DNA of 32,000 bases from Synechocystis sp. PCC 6803 substr. PCC-P (GTDB lineage: Bacteria > Cyanobacteriota > Cyanobacteriia > Cyanobacteriales > Microcystaceae). Below are positions 1-8,482 of this stretch, piece after piece (positions within the stretch are counted from its first letter, which is position 1; each line of letters starts with the position of its first letter). The stretch lies in assembly GCF_000284455.1 (NCBI RefSeq), contig NC_017039.1:1260001-1292000 (forward strand). The letters run 5' to 3'. The notes under the pieces were generated by a model. It ran no database searches and was not told the DNA's origin. It was given only the letters and a program-made list of their open reading frames with translations. The position numbers and the translations under genes are program-made.

Positions 1-124
1 CCGCCACAGGAACCGTGGGCACATCCTGGTGGATCAGGGTTAACCCCTGGTCAAAGGTAAAAATTTTGGCCGGAAAATCCGGTTTGGTCGGGCACAGTTG
101 CACAGACACAAGGCGTATATCCAT
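1..124 (-). CDS. M16-family zinc (processing) protease, N-terminal part only, runs off the window
   Basis: Minus strand from ATG at 124 stays open to the window edge: MDIRLVSVQLCPTKPDFPAKIFTFDQGLTLIHQDVPTVPVA. It resembles the N-terminal '..NGLTVIHQ..P..PV' signature of M16 peptidases. Confidence 0.55.
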   Translation of the reverse strand, partial: MDIRLVSVQLCPTKPDFPAKIFTFDQGLTLIHQDVPTVPVA

Positions 125-304
125 TGGGGTCTATGCCTTCTATCCTAGGCGATCGCCGTCTTAACCGTCGGTTAACCCCCCATCATTTTGTCTGCCTTTC
201 GTGACAAGGTTGCCGGGAGTAAAATTTTTTGTCCCCCTACAGCTAAGGCTACCTGCACAGGCCCCTGTGGAAAAAGGGAGGAAAATCCATGCTAGGGTTG
301 GGGA

Positions 305-465
305 CTAAGTTTAGTTGGTTCCATTGGGTAACAGCCAGTGGAGGTAACGGGGAAAAGCTGGTGCAAAGCCAATACTGTCCCGCAACTGTGATGGGCCCAG
401 GCCCTAAGTCAGGATGCCCGCCAACGATGGCCGATTCCGTTAATCAAATCTGCGAGGTACAGGTT
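305..465 (+). promoter_or_regulatory. Cobalamin (B12) riboswitch
   Basis: Ordered aptamer motifs: GGT (317-319), GGGGAA (349-354), GGTGCAA (360-366), CTGTCCCGCAACTGT (375-389, B12 box) and AAGTCAGGATGCCCGCC (about 406-422), directly upstream of a HupE/UreJ-type membrane protein gene. Confidence 0.92.
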
Positions 466-1065
466 GTGAATGTTACAGGTTTATCTAATTTACTGACTTT
501 CCCCCGGCTCCTAGCCCACCATCCCTTTGGGGGCCATACCCCCAGTAATTTCCTGGAAGGTTTCCTCTCCGGCCTGGGGCACCCCGTCATTGGCCTAGAC
601 CACCTTGCTTTTGTCATTGCCATTGGCCTGATTGCCGCTGGGTTACGCTACGGTTGGCTAATGCCCCTCATTTTTGTCGCCACGGCGATCACCGGCACAG
701 GGTTGCATTTAATTGGGGCTAATCTGCCCCAGCCAGAATTGGTCATCGCCGGTTCCGTACTTTTATTCGGCATCTTCCTTGCTTTGGGTCGTCCTCTGCC
801 ATCTCCCCTAGTAATGGGATTAGCCGCTGTGGCCGGTATGTTCCATGGCTACGCCTATGGAGAAGCCATTGTCGGGGCGCAAATGAATCCCGTTGCCGCC
901 TATTTGCTCGGTTTTTCCTTCATTCAACTAGCGATCGCCATGGGAGTCTATGCCTTAGCCAAGGGCTGGTACGAAACCAAAGAAACCTTGCTCAATCTAA
1001 GATTTATTGGCTTTCTGCTAACAGGAGTAGGACTAGCCTTCACCTCCGGCGCCTTGTTGGGGTAA
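466..1065 (+). CDS. hupE: HupE/UreJ-family membrane protein, probable cobalt/nickel transporter under B12 control
   Basis: 'HHPFGG..PSNFLEGFLSGLGHPVIGLDHLAFVIAIGLIAAG' is the HupE/UreJ signature, followed by several TM segments. The listed ORF start (289) lies upstream of or inside the riboswitch; GTG at 466 is a more plausible start, though not proven. Confidence 0.85.
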   Translation: MNVTGLSNLLTFPRLLAHHPFGGHTPSNFLEGFLSGLGHPVIGLDHLAFVIAIGLIAAGLRYGWLMPLIFVATAITGTGLHLIGANLPQPELVIAGSVLLFGIFLALGRPLPSPLVMGLAAVAGMFHGYAYGEAIVGAQMNPVAAYLLGFSFIQLAIAMGVYALAKGWYETKETLLNLRFIGFLLTGVGLAFTSGALLG

Positions 1066-1120
1066 TTGCTTATGGGATAATAGGTTGCCTACAGTTTTTG
1101 ATTAAAAACTAAACCTTCCC

Positions 1121-2332
1121 ATGGTAACCGCTTCCCTGCCGACCCCTGTCCAGCCCGAGTTCGACACTACTATCCATCGCCGCAAAACCCGCCCTGTACC
1201 AGTAGGCGCTGTCACCGTTGGCGGTGGCCATCCTGTGGTGGTGCAATCCATGATTAATGAAGACACCCTCGATGTGGATGGTTCCGTCGCTGGCATTCGT
1301 CGCCTCCACGAAATTGGTTGTGAAATTGTCCGGGTAACGGTGCCCAGCATGGCCCACGCCAAAGCCCTAGCGGATATCAAGCAGAAATTACAAGCTACTT
1401 ACCAAGCCGTGCCCCTGGTGGCAGACGTACATCACAACGGCATGAAAATTGCTCTGGAAGTAGCCAAACACGTCGATAAAGTCAGGATTAACCCAGGGCT
1501 ATACGTTTTTGAAAAGCCCGATGCCCAACGGGAAGGCTACAGCGACCAGGAATTTGCTGAAATTGGCGAAAAAATTCGTGAAACCCTGGAACCATTGGTA
1601 ATTTCCCTACGAGATCAAGGGAAATCGATGCGGATCGGCGTTAACCATGGTTCTCTCTCCGAAAGAATGCTTTTTACCTACGGGGATACCCCCGAGGGCA
1701 TGGTGCAATCGGCCCTGGAATTCATCAAAATTTGTGAGTCCTTAGATTTCCGCAACCTAGTCGTTTCCATGAAAGCGTCCCGGGTACCGGTAATGTTGGC
1801 CGCCTATCGCCTCATGGTGAAACGTATGGACGAGTTGGGCATGGATTATCCCCTCCATCTAGGGGTTACCGAAGCCGGGGATGGGGAATATGGCCGCATT
1901 AAATCCACCGCTGGCATTGCCACCCTTTTAGCTGATGGCATTGGCGATACTATCCGGGTATCCCTCACCGAAGCCCCCGAAAAAGAAATTCCCGTTTGCT
2001 ACAGCATTCTCCAGGCGCTGGGTTTGCGGAAAACCATGGTGGAATATGTGGCCTGTCCTTCCTGTGGCCGCACGTTGTTCAACTTGGAAGACGTGTTACA
2101 TGAAGTCCGAGAAGCCACTAAACATCTAACGGGTTTAGACATCGCCGTCATGGGCTGTATTGTCAATGGCCCCGGGGAAATGGCCGATGCCGACTATGGC
2201 TATGTGGGTAAACAAGCCGGTTACATTGCCCTCTACCGTGGTCGGGAAGAAATTAAACGAGTACCCGAAACCGACGGCGTACAGGAATTAATTAACCTGA
2301 TCAAGGCCGATGGCCGTTGGGTTGACCCTTAA
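1121..2332 (+). CDS. ispG: 4-hydroxy-3-methylbut-2-en-1-yl diphosphate synthase (GcpE)
   Basis: 403 aa with typical GcpE sequence: '[38 protein letters not shown]', 'VADVHHNG', 'RINPG', '[14 protein letters not shown]', '[19 protein letters not shown]'. Confidence 0.97.
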   Translation: MVTASLPTPVQPEFDTTIHRRKTRPVPVGAVTVGGGHPVVVQSMINEDTLDVDGSVAGIRRLHEIGCEIVRVTVPSMAHAKALADIKQKLQATYQAVPLVADVHHNGMKIALEVAKHVDKVRINPGLYVFEKPDAQREGYSDQEFAEIGEKIRETLEPLVISLRDQGKSMRIGVNHGSLSERMLFTYGDTPEGMVQSALEFIKICESLDFRNLVVSMKASRVPVMLAAYRLMVKRMDELGMDYPLHLGVTEAGDGEYGRIKSTAGIATLLADGIGDTIRVSLTEAPEKEIPVCYSILQALGLRKTMVEYVACPSCGRTLFNLEDVLHEVREATKHLTGLDIAVMGCIVNGPGEMADADYGYVGKQAGYIALYRGREEIKRVPETDGVQELINLIKADGRWVDP

Positions 2333-2485
2333 TCTATTCCTCAAAACTTCCCACACAAAAAACTAAGCAAGGCTCGCCAGCGGGCCCATACTTGATTTTG
2401 TTTAGCACATATCAATTGGTGGTTTTCAGGAGCAAAGGAAATAGCCAATGAAAGGTTCCAGTCTGGACTGTCCACTTGTTTTGAG

Positions 2486-2902
2486 TCAGAGTTCCCCTAT
2501 TTTTGCCAAGATTTGGCGGACAGTAAGGCTTTCTACCCGATTGATGCGGAGTAGGTTAGCTGTTACTCGCCCGATCGCCGTTTTGGGTTGAACGAGTCCG
2601 CTTATGGATTCAAGGGTGAAGTGGTTTGTCCAGATGTCTTTTCTTGGATTGTAGAGTCTAACAGTTTCCCCTGTATGGGGGTCGATAGAAGCGATATCAC
2701 TGCCTTTGGCTTGGTTACAGAGGGAAAAGGAAAAAGCTAGGTTTTCAGGGGTACTGTGGCCTCCATGTTTTTCGGCAATGATATGATCAACATGGTGGGA
2801 AGACAGAGATAGCGCTTCAGGGATGAGGCAATATTCACAGGAATGGTTAGCCCGATCACTAACGAGACGTCGTAGGGATGGGGAAATATAGCTCTTACTC
2901 AT
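2486..2902 (-). CDS. HNH endonuclease-like protein
   Basis: 138 aa: 'CEYC...HHVDHIIAEKHGG.STPENLAFSFSLCNQAKGSDIASIDPHTGETVRLYNPR' is typical of cyanobacterial HNH proteins. Start codon overlaps the upstream gene's stop. Confidence 0.85.
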   Translation of the reverse strand: MSKSYISPSLRRLVSDRANHSCEYCLIPEALSLSSHHVDHIIAEKHGGHSTPENLAFSFSLCNQAKGSDIASIDPHTGETVRLYNPRKDIWTNHFTLESISGLVQPKTAIGRVTANLLRINRVESLTVRQILAKIGEL

Positions 2903-3251
2903 GGGGCTGGAGTTTAAGCCGGGCTTGGGCCTTTGCCAGTCGCACGAGATGTTCTATAAATTCATATTGTTGCCAAAGGCGTTGCTCTTTCTGGTTTAGA
3001 CCTTGGGTTCGATTTTTCTCCAGGAGAGTTTCGATCTCAGCCTGCAGGGTGGGAGAAAGATGGAGATCAAGGATTTGTTGCGGGCTGGGGAGTTGAGCCA
3101 AAAATTCGAGGATTTCAGTAAGTCCAGACAAACCAGTGCTGGGATTGGCGTTTAGTTGCTGTATACCGAGGGCTAATATTTGCGGCAAGTCTTCCTGGAG
3201 AGGTTGAAGCTGTTGGGCAATGTCGTCGGGGATGTCTAGAGTAATTTGCAT
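2895..3251 (-). CDS. Small conserved hypothetical protein, antitoxin-like, co-oriented with the HNH gene
   Basis: 118 aa, starts 'MQITLDIPDDIAQQLQPLQEDLPQILALGIQQL', a DNA-binding/antitoxin-like N-terminus, then helical and acidic. Overlaps the HNH gene by 8 nt (ATGAGTAA on the minus strand). Confidence 0.6.
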   Translation of the reverse strand: MQITLDIPDDIAQQLQPLQEDLPQILALGIQQLNANPSTGLSGLTEILEFLAQLPSPQQILDLHLSPTLQAEIETLLEKNRTQGLNQKEQRLWQQYEFIEHLVRLAKAQARLKLQPHE

Positions 3252-3399
3252 GCTTAACCTTTACTAAATAATGGTAAATCGAGCATAGACACTTTTGGCG
3301 ATCGCCAATGTGAACCTTGCTTTTTTGCCTCCATTAACCAAATACTCCGATCCCTAGGCACAGTGTCAACACCATGCCTACATTGCCGGAGAAAAAAGG

Positions 3400-6300
3400 C
3401 TAGATATCCAAGTCAGTTAGATCCAACTTGGTGCCATAGGTTTCGATGAATTCCCGGCGGGGAGCTACCCGATCGCCCATCAACACCGTAAAAATGCGAT
3501 CGGCTTCAGCGGCATCTTCAATGTGGACACGTTTCATGGTGCGGCTTTCAGGATTCATCGTGGTATCCCAGAGTTGTTGGGGCATCATTTCCCCTAAACC
3601 TTTAAAACGCTGGATGGTGTAATTAGCATTGGGGGGAAACTGACTGATTTGCTCCTGCAATTCCCGGTCGGAATAACAATAGAAATGGTTTTTACCCCGC
3701 TCCAGTTTGTACAACGGCGGACAGGCAATGTAAATGTAGCCTTGGTCCACCAAATCCCGCTGATAACGGTAGAAGAAAGTCAACAAAAGAGTGCGTATGT
3801 GCGCTCCATCTACATCAGCATCGGTCATAATTACTACTCTGTGATAGCGGAGGGAAGATATGTCAAAATCATCACCTTTAATGCCCAGACCTAATGCTGT
3901 AATTAAGGCTTGAATTTCAGTATTTTTATAAATCTTGGCATCGTCAGTTTTTTCAATATTTAAAATCTTGCCCCGTAAAGGCAAAATTGCTTGGAAACGA
4001 CGGTCTCGACCTTGTTTTGCGCTGTTATGGACAAACACTCCGCTTGCCAAAGCAAAATTGTGGGTGTGGGGAACCTCAATATCATAAACATCGATTGTTT
4101 CTGACACAGCTTCAATATTTACAATTCTGTGATTGTAATTTAATACTGCTTCCCTTGCGAGGTTCTCATCATTCTCGAAATACCGTTCACAGAATCGATC
4201 AAAACGTAACAAGGATTTATCTTTAGTCGAAATTCGATAGCTATCGTAAGCAGATATGTCTAAATAACCATTTTCGATCTCAACTTGTTTTAGTGCCGCT
4301 AGAGTTTTGCGGTAATAGGTTTGGGCCAGAGCTTCTCGACGTTTTTCTCGAAATTCAGGAGTCCATTGTTCCTTTGTTTTTTTCTGTCGCCATTTCAACA
4401 ATTCGGGATTATTCCATTGTTTAACCGCATTCTCTGAATATTGTTGTCGTAATCCAGGATTTTGTGCGAAATGTTGACGTACCCTTTCTGCTTGAGCAGT
4501 ACGATTCTCCGCCTGCGCCCAATATTCCTGTTGAGCACGATTTAGCTGTTCTGCATTTTGCTGACGATAATCCTCATTACTGTCGTAGAAACTACGCCAA
4601 CTTTCCATCATTGTTAATTTATAGGTTTCATTTTGCCATTGGGCCTGGGCCTGTTTGGACAAAATTGCCCGTGTTTCCGGTGATTGCATCCTTGCGCTCA
4701 TTTTCCGTCGAAACTCAGGACTTTGGTGAATTCGACGACATTTCTCTACCACATCAGGGCGATGTAATGTTTTACTAATGTGCTTACGGTGAAGCGCTAA
4801 ATGTTTTTCAGGGGATAAGCGAATTAAATTATCGGGATTATTATTCCGCTTATTAAAGTCTTTGTGATGGCAATGTTGTTTTTCTTCTGCAATATAAATT
4901 CCCTGCCAACGATTATACCAGTCTGCAACTAAATGGGTAAATAGCCAGCTATCGGAACGGGGACTCCAAACCATTTCATAGCCATCAATTGTAATACCAG
5001 AATCTTCCGTAGTCGAAATTTTTCGGTGTAACGGCATTAACGAATCATCGAGAGTTAAATCCATCGCACATTTGTAGCTCCCATCCCGCAACATGAATTT
5101 ATGATCCGGGGTGCAAATAATAGACTCACCATTGTCCAACGTAACCTTGATTACCTTCGCATTAGTTTTTGTTTTGCGGGCATTGATGATTTTTTCAACC
5201 CCTATAGAACCATCATGGCGGATGGTATAACAAAAGTTTTGTTTTCCTTGTTTTTCTTCTTCAACCAATTGCTCAAAGCTAACGCTACGACCATCAGTTA
5301 AAGCGACTAATGTATCTCCAGAAAAACAGCCGCCGGCAGAGTCTCCTTCCACGATGAAAATTTCCGATTCCGAGGGATCTTTGGAGCTACAGTCTGCCAA
5401 TTTACCCGGTAAAGTTGAAGACTCTAAAACTGATTTACGGCGTACTAATTCCCTGGCTCGACGGGCTGCTTCCGCTGCTTTAAAAGCCTGCACTGCTTTT
5501 TCAATGATGGCATCGGCAACCCCAGGATTAAATTCTAAAAATTCCGTTAGAGCTTCCCCCACCAAGGTATCCACAATGCCCCGGACTTCCGTGTTGCCCA
5601 ATTTAGTTTTGGTTTGTCCTTCAAATTCTGGGTCCGGTACTTTAACGGAAATAACGCCGGTTAGGCCCTCACGAATATTTTCTCCCCCTAAATTACTATC
5701 GCCATCCTTTAACTTATTGCGCTTACGGGCAACGGAGTTGAGAGTACGGGTTAAAACCGCTTTTAGACCTTCTAAATGGGTGCCACCATCAATAGTGCGG
5801 ATATTGTTGGCAAATCCCAAGAGAGTATCACTATACGCATCCACACACCACTGGAGGGCCACCTCCACCTGGACGTCATTTTTTTCCCCGGAAGTGTAAA
5901 TAATTTCCTCGTGGAGCGGGGTTTTGTCCGTGGTCATATAGGTGACATATTCCCTAATGCCCCCTTCATAATAAAACTGCTCTTCTTTGAGGGAATCCGC
6001 CCGGCGATCGCCAAAGGTAATGCGAACCCCAGCGTTGAGGTAGGCCAACTCCTTGAGACGACTGGCCAGGGTATGGTAATCAAACTCGATGCCATCCTTA
6101 AAAATCTGGGTGTCTGGCAAAAAAGAAACCTGGGTTCCTGTGGAGTGCCCTTCGTTTGGGGTAGCTTCTAGCGTGCCAATGGGATTGCCCCGCTCAAACC
6201 GCTGGAAGTGTTCCTTCCCCTGGCGCCAAACCTTCACTTCCACCCATTCGGACAGGGCGTTAACAACGGAAACCCCTACCCCGTGCAAACCACCGGATAC

Positions 6301-6636
6301 CTTATAGCCACCGCCCCCAAACTTGCCCCCGGCATGGAGTACCGTCAACACTGTTTCCAAGGCCGATCGCCCGGTGGTGGGGTGAATATCGGTGGGAATC
6401 CCCCGGCCATTGTCCACTACGGTGACGGAACCGTCGGCATTAATGTCAATTTCAATATGGGTACAATAGCCGGCCAAAGCCTCATCAATGGCATTGTCAA
6501 CCACTTCATACACTAGGTGATGCAGACCCTTGGGCCCCGTGGAGCCAATATACATCCCTGGGCGCTTACGGACTGGTTCCAACCCTTCCAAGACTTGAAT
6601 TTGATCGGCACCGTAGTTCGTGGTCGTCATGGTCAC
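3400..6636 (-). CDS. gyrB: DNA gyrase subunit B precursor containing an in-frame intein
   Basis: 1078-aa ORF. N-extein has GHKL ATPase motifs ('EGLEPVRKRPGMYIGS', 'VVDNGRGIP', 'GLHGVGVSVVNALS') and the Toprim 'EGDSAGG'. C-extein is 'SAKQGRDRRFQAILPLRGKILN...MTDADVDGAHIRTLLLTFF...RFKGLGEM'. Confidence 0.98.
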   Translation of the reverse strand: MTMTTTNYGADQIQVLEGLEPVRKRPGMYIGSTGPKGLHHLVYEVVDNAIDEALAGYCTHIEIDINADGSVTVVDNGRGIPTDIHPTTGRSALETVLTVLHAGGKFGGGGYKVSGGLHGVGVSVVNALSEWVEVKVWRQGKEHFQRFERGNPIGTLEATPNEGHSTGTQVSFLPDTQIFKDGIEFDYHTLASRLKELAYLNAGVRITFGDRRADSLKEEQFYYEGGIREYVTYMTTDKTPLHEEIIYTSGEKNDVQVEVALQWCVDAYSDTLLGFANNIRTIDGGTHLEGLKAVLTRTLNSVARKRNKLKDGDSNLGGENIREGLTGVISVKVPDPEFEGQTKTKLGNTEVRGIVDTLVGEALTEFLEFNPGVADAIIEKAVQAFKAAEAARRARELVRRKSVLESSTLPGKLADCSSKDPSESEIFIVEGDSAGGCFSGDTLVALTDGRSVSFEQLVEEEKQGKQNFCYTIRHDGSIGVEKIINARKTKTNAKVIKVTLDNGESIICTPDHKFMLRDGSYKCAMDLTLDDSLMPLHRKISTTEDSGITIDGYEMVWSPRSDSWLFTHLVADWYNRWQGIYIAEEKQHCHHKDFNKRNNNPDNLIRLSPEKHLALHRKHISKTLHRPDVVEKCRRIHQSPEFRRKMSARMQSPETRAILSKQAQAQWQNETYKLTMMESWRSFYDSNEDYRQQNAEQLNRAQQEYWAQAENRTAQAERVRQHFAQNPGLRQQYSENAVKQWNNPELLKWRQKKTKEQWTPEFREKRREALAQTYYRKTLAALKQVEIENGYLDISAYDSYRISTKDKSLLRFDRFCERYFENDENLAREAVLNYNHRIVNIEAVSETIDVYDIEVPHTHNFALASGVFVHNSAKQGRDRRFQAILPLRGKILNIEKTDDAKIYKNTEIQALITALGLGIKGDDFDISSLRYHRVVIMTDADVDGAHIRTLLLTFFYRYQRDLVDQGYIYIACPPLYKLERGKNHFYCYSDRELQEQISQFPPNANYTIQRFKGLGEMMPQQLWDTTMNPESRTMKRVHIEDAAEADRIFTVLMGDRVAPRREFIETYGTKLDLTDLDI
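4024..5328 (-). mobile_element. GyrB intein, residues 437-871 of the precursor, 435 aa, with HNH-type homing endonuclease domain
   Basis: Begins 'CFSGDTLVALTDG' (Cys codon 5328-5326) right after EGDSAGG. Block B is 'CTPDHKFML'. Ends 'YDIEVPHTHNFALASGVFVHN' (Asn codon 4026-4024) followed by Ser+1. Endonuclease region 'HHKDFNKRNNNPDNLIRLSPEKHLALHRKHI'. Confidence 0.97.
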
Positions 6637-6764
6637 TCCAAAATCAGGCTGAGCTTAGGCATCTTTGCTGTGGGATGGCAAAAGCCCTCAAAATCTTAGC
6701 ACAAAAGGGTTAAAGGCTTTAATATCGGGGACTGAGAACTGATTTGGAGATGGGATCGATCAAG

Positions 6765-7022
6765 CTATTTTTCCAGACGTACCACATACCATTGCCAAGT
6801 ACCGCCATCCCCCCGGTCGAGGTCGCAGTAATTGTCCCGTAAATGTTCCGCTTTTGCCGCCAAAGTGGGCAATTTATCCAGTCCCTGGGGCAGGGGAAGA
6901 TCGTATTCGGCCAAAATCTCCGTCAACTTAGCAGTCATTTCCGCCGGAGTTAGGAATGTTTCTGGTTCCTGGTCCGCCAAGAACACAAACATTTCTTCTT
7001 GGTACATCAGTGGATCGACCAT
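6765..7022 (-). CDS. crr7: Chlororespiratory reduction 7 (CRR7)-like, NDH-1 related
   Basis: 85 aa from the internal ATG at 7022: 'MVDPLMYQEEMFVFLADQEPETFLTPAEMTAKLTEIL...GTWQWYVVRLEK' matches the cyanobacterial/plant CRR7 family as I recall it. Confidence 0.7.
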   Translation of the reverse strand: MVDPLMYQEEMFVFLADQEPETFLTPAEMTAKLTEILAEYDLPLPQGLDKLPTLAAKAEHLRDNYCDLDRGDGGTWQWYVVRLEK

Positions 7023-7260
7023 GGCAATTGCTAAAAACTGTTGTTGAGGTGGAGATTGGCACTGACTAGTCAAGTGGGGATTTAGTTTTCTGCGTTTCCT
7101 GATGGGGCACCAATCTAAAATTTCTCTAGAAATTTCTGCGGTGGAAAAACTTTGCAGTAACCAAGTAACCCCGAAAAGAGTAGCCCCCCCAGCCCAGAGC
7201 CAGGAAGGGCCATTGCACAATACTTTCTCGATTCATCGGCGATCGCCGAGACGTTGTGGC

Positions 7261-7380
7261 CTAGGCTTCGCGACCTAAAACGTCCTGTAACTGCCGGATC
7301 GCGGCGGCCCCAATATTGATAGCGGCCCAAGTTGCGGCGATCAGAAGGGGGCTAACAACTACAATTACACGCCAATCCAT
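7261..7380 (-). CDS. psbY: Photosystem II protein PsbY
   Basis: 39 aa from the internal ATG at 7380: '[39 protein letters not shown]', the characteristic single-TM PsbY. Confidence 0.9.
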
Positions 7381-7585
7381 TGCTGTACCTCGTTTTGTTA
7401 AAAGAATATAAATTTTCCGAACACTCTTAATCTTATATCCTAATCCCGACCCCTTGGGAATGGAAACCGGGCCACAGGTCTGGGCAATGACCAAGCCGGC
7501 AAACAGGAAAAACTCTGTTAAGATCTCCTGTCAGAGAGGCAGTCACCGCTCCCAACTCAAACCACCGTTGTCCCCATTGGATGTA

Positions 7586-8482
7586 ATGACCATTAGCCGG
7601 TTTCGTCAGGCAGCCGAAGCGAAGGAATTTTTGATCACCGCAGAAGTTACCCCCCCCAAAGGCGGTAATCCCGAGCGGATGTTGGCGGTGGCGGCAAAGT
7701 TACGGGGCCGGGTCCATGGGGTTAACGTCACCGATGGTAGTCGGGCGGTGTTGCGTATGTCTTCCATTGCGGCCTGTGTGTTGTTGCAGCAACGGGGTAT
7801 TGAAGCCATTTGTCAGATGACCTGCCGGGACCGTAATTTGATTGGTTTGCAAGCTGATCTGATGGGGGCCTATGCCCTCGGTTTACGCAATGTTTTAGCT
7901 TTAACCGGCGATCCGCTCAAAGCAGGGGACCATGCCAAGGCCAGACCTGTCTACGATTTAGAGTCTGTCAGACTTTTAAGTTTAATCCGCTCCCTCAACC
8001 AGGGGTTAGATTTTAACCAAGCTCCTTTGGTGGATGGCAGGCTAGATTTATTTCCTGGGGCGGCGGTGGACCCCCAGCTCAAAAGTTGGTCTGGCCTACA
8101 AAGTCGTTTTGAAAGGAAACTAACAGCGGGAGCACAATTTTTCCAAAGTCAGTTAATTACGGATTTCGATCGCCTGGATAAATTTATGACCCAGGTGGCT
8201 GTGGGCTGTGGCAAACCAATTTTGGCGGGTATATTTCTGTTCAAATCGGCTAAAAATGCGACTTTTATCAAGCGGGTGGTACCGGGGGTAAATATTCCCG
8301 ATGCGCTGATTGATCGCCTGGCCCGGGCCGAAGATCCTTTAAAAGAAGGGGTGGCGATCGCCGCCGAACAGGTAAAACTGGCCAAAGAGCTATGCCAGGG
8401 AGTGCACTTGATGGCGATTAAAAAAGAAGAATTAATTCCCGAAATCCTCGACCAGGCCGGCATTGCCCCTCTGGAAAATTAA
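7586..8482 (+). CDS. Methylenetetrahydrofolate reductase family protein
   Basis: 'FLITAEVTPPKGG', 'GVNVTDGSRAVLRMSS', 'CRDRNLIGLQADLMGAYALGLRNVLALTGDP' are MTHFR-family motifs. ATG at 7586 is preferred over the ORF start at 7454. Confidence 0.85.
   Translation: MTISRFRQAAEAKEFLITAEVTPPKGGNPERMLAVAAKLRGRVHGVNVTDGSRAVLRMSSIAACVLLQQRGIEAICQMTCRDRNLIGLQADLMGAYALGLRNVLALTGDPLKAGDHAKARPVYDLESVRLLSLIRSLNQGLDFNQAPLVDGRLDLFPGAAVDPQLKSWSGLQSRFERKLTAGAQFFQSQLITDFDRLDKFMTQVAVGCGKPILAGIFLFKSAKNATFIKRVVPGVNIPDALIDRLARAEDPLKEGVAIAAEQVKLAKELCQGVHLMAIKKEELIPEILDQAGIAPLEN

Noticed and set aside
289-465. N-terminal extension of the HupE ORF (MLGLGTKFSW...)
   Set aside because: The nucleotides form the cobalamin riboswitch aptamer; the peptide has no HupE-like character before HHPFGG.
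1102-1380. Antisense and overlapping ORFs at the 5' end of ispG
   Set aside because: No recognisable domain, and fully contained in or overlapping a strongly supported ispG gene.
5354-5899. 181-aa plus-strand ORF inside gyrB
   Set aside because: Lies fully antisense to a highly conserved part of gyrB and has low-complexity Ser/Arg/Thr composition typical of antisense ORFs.
7023-7220. 66-aa upstream extension of the CRR7 ORF including a hydrophobic stretch
   Set aside because: The recognisable family sequence starts at the internal ATG (7022) and the extension does not resemble the known family. A leader cannot be fully excluded.
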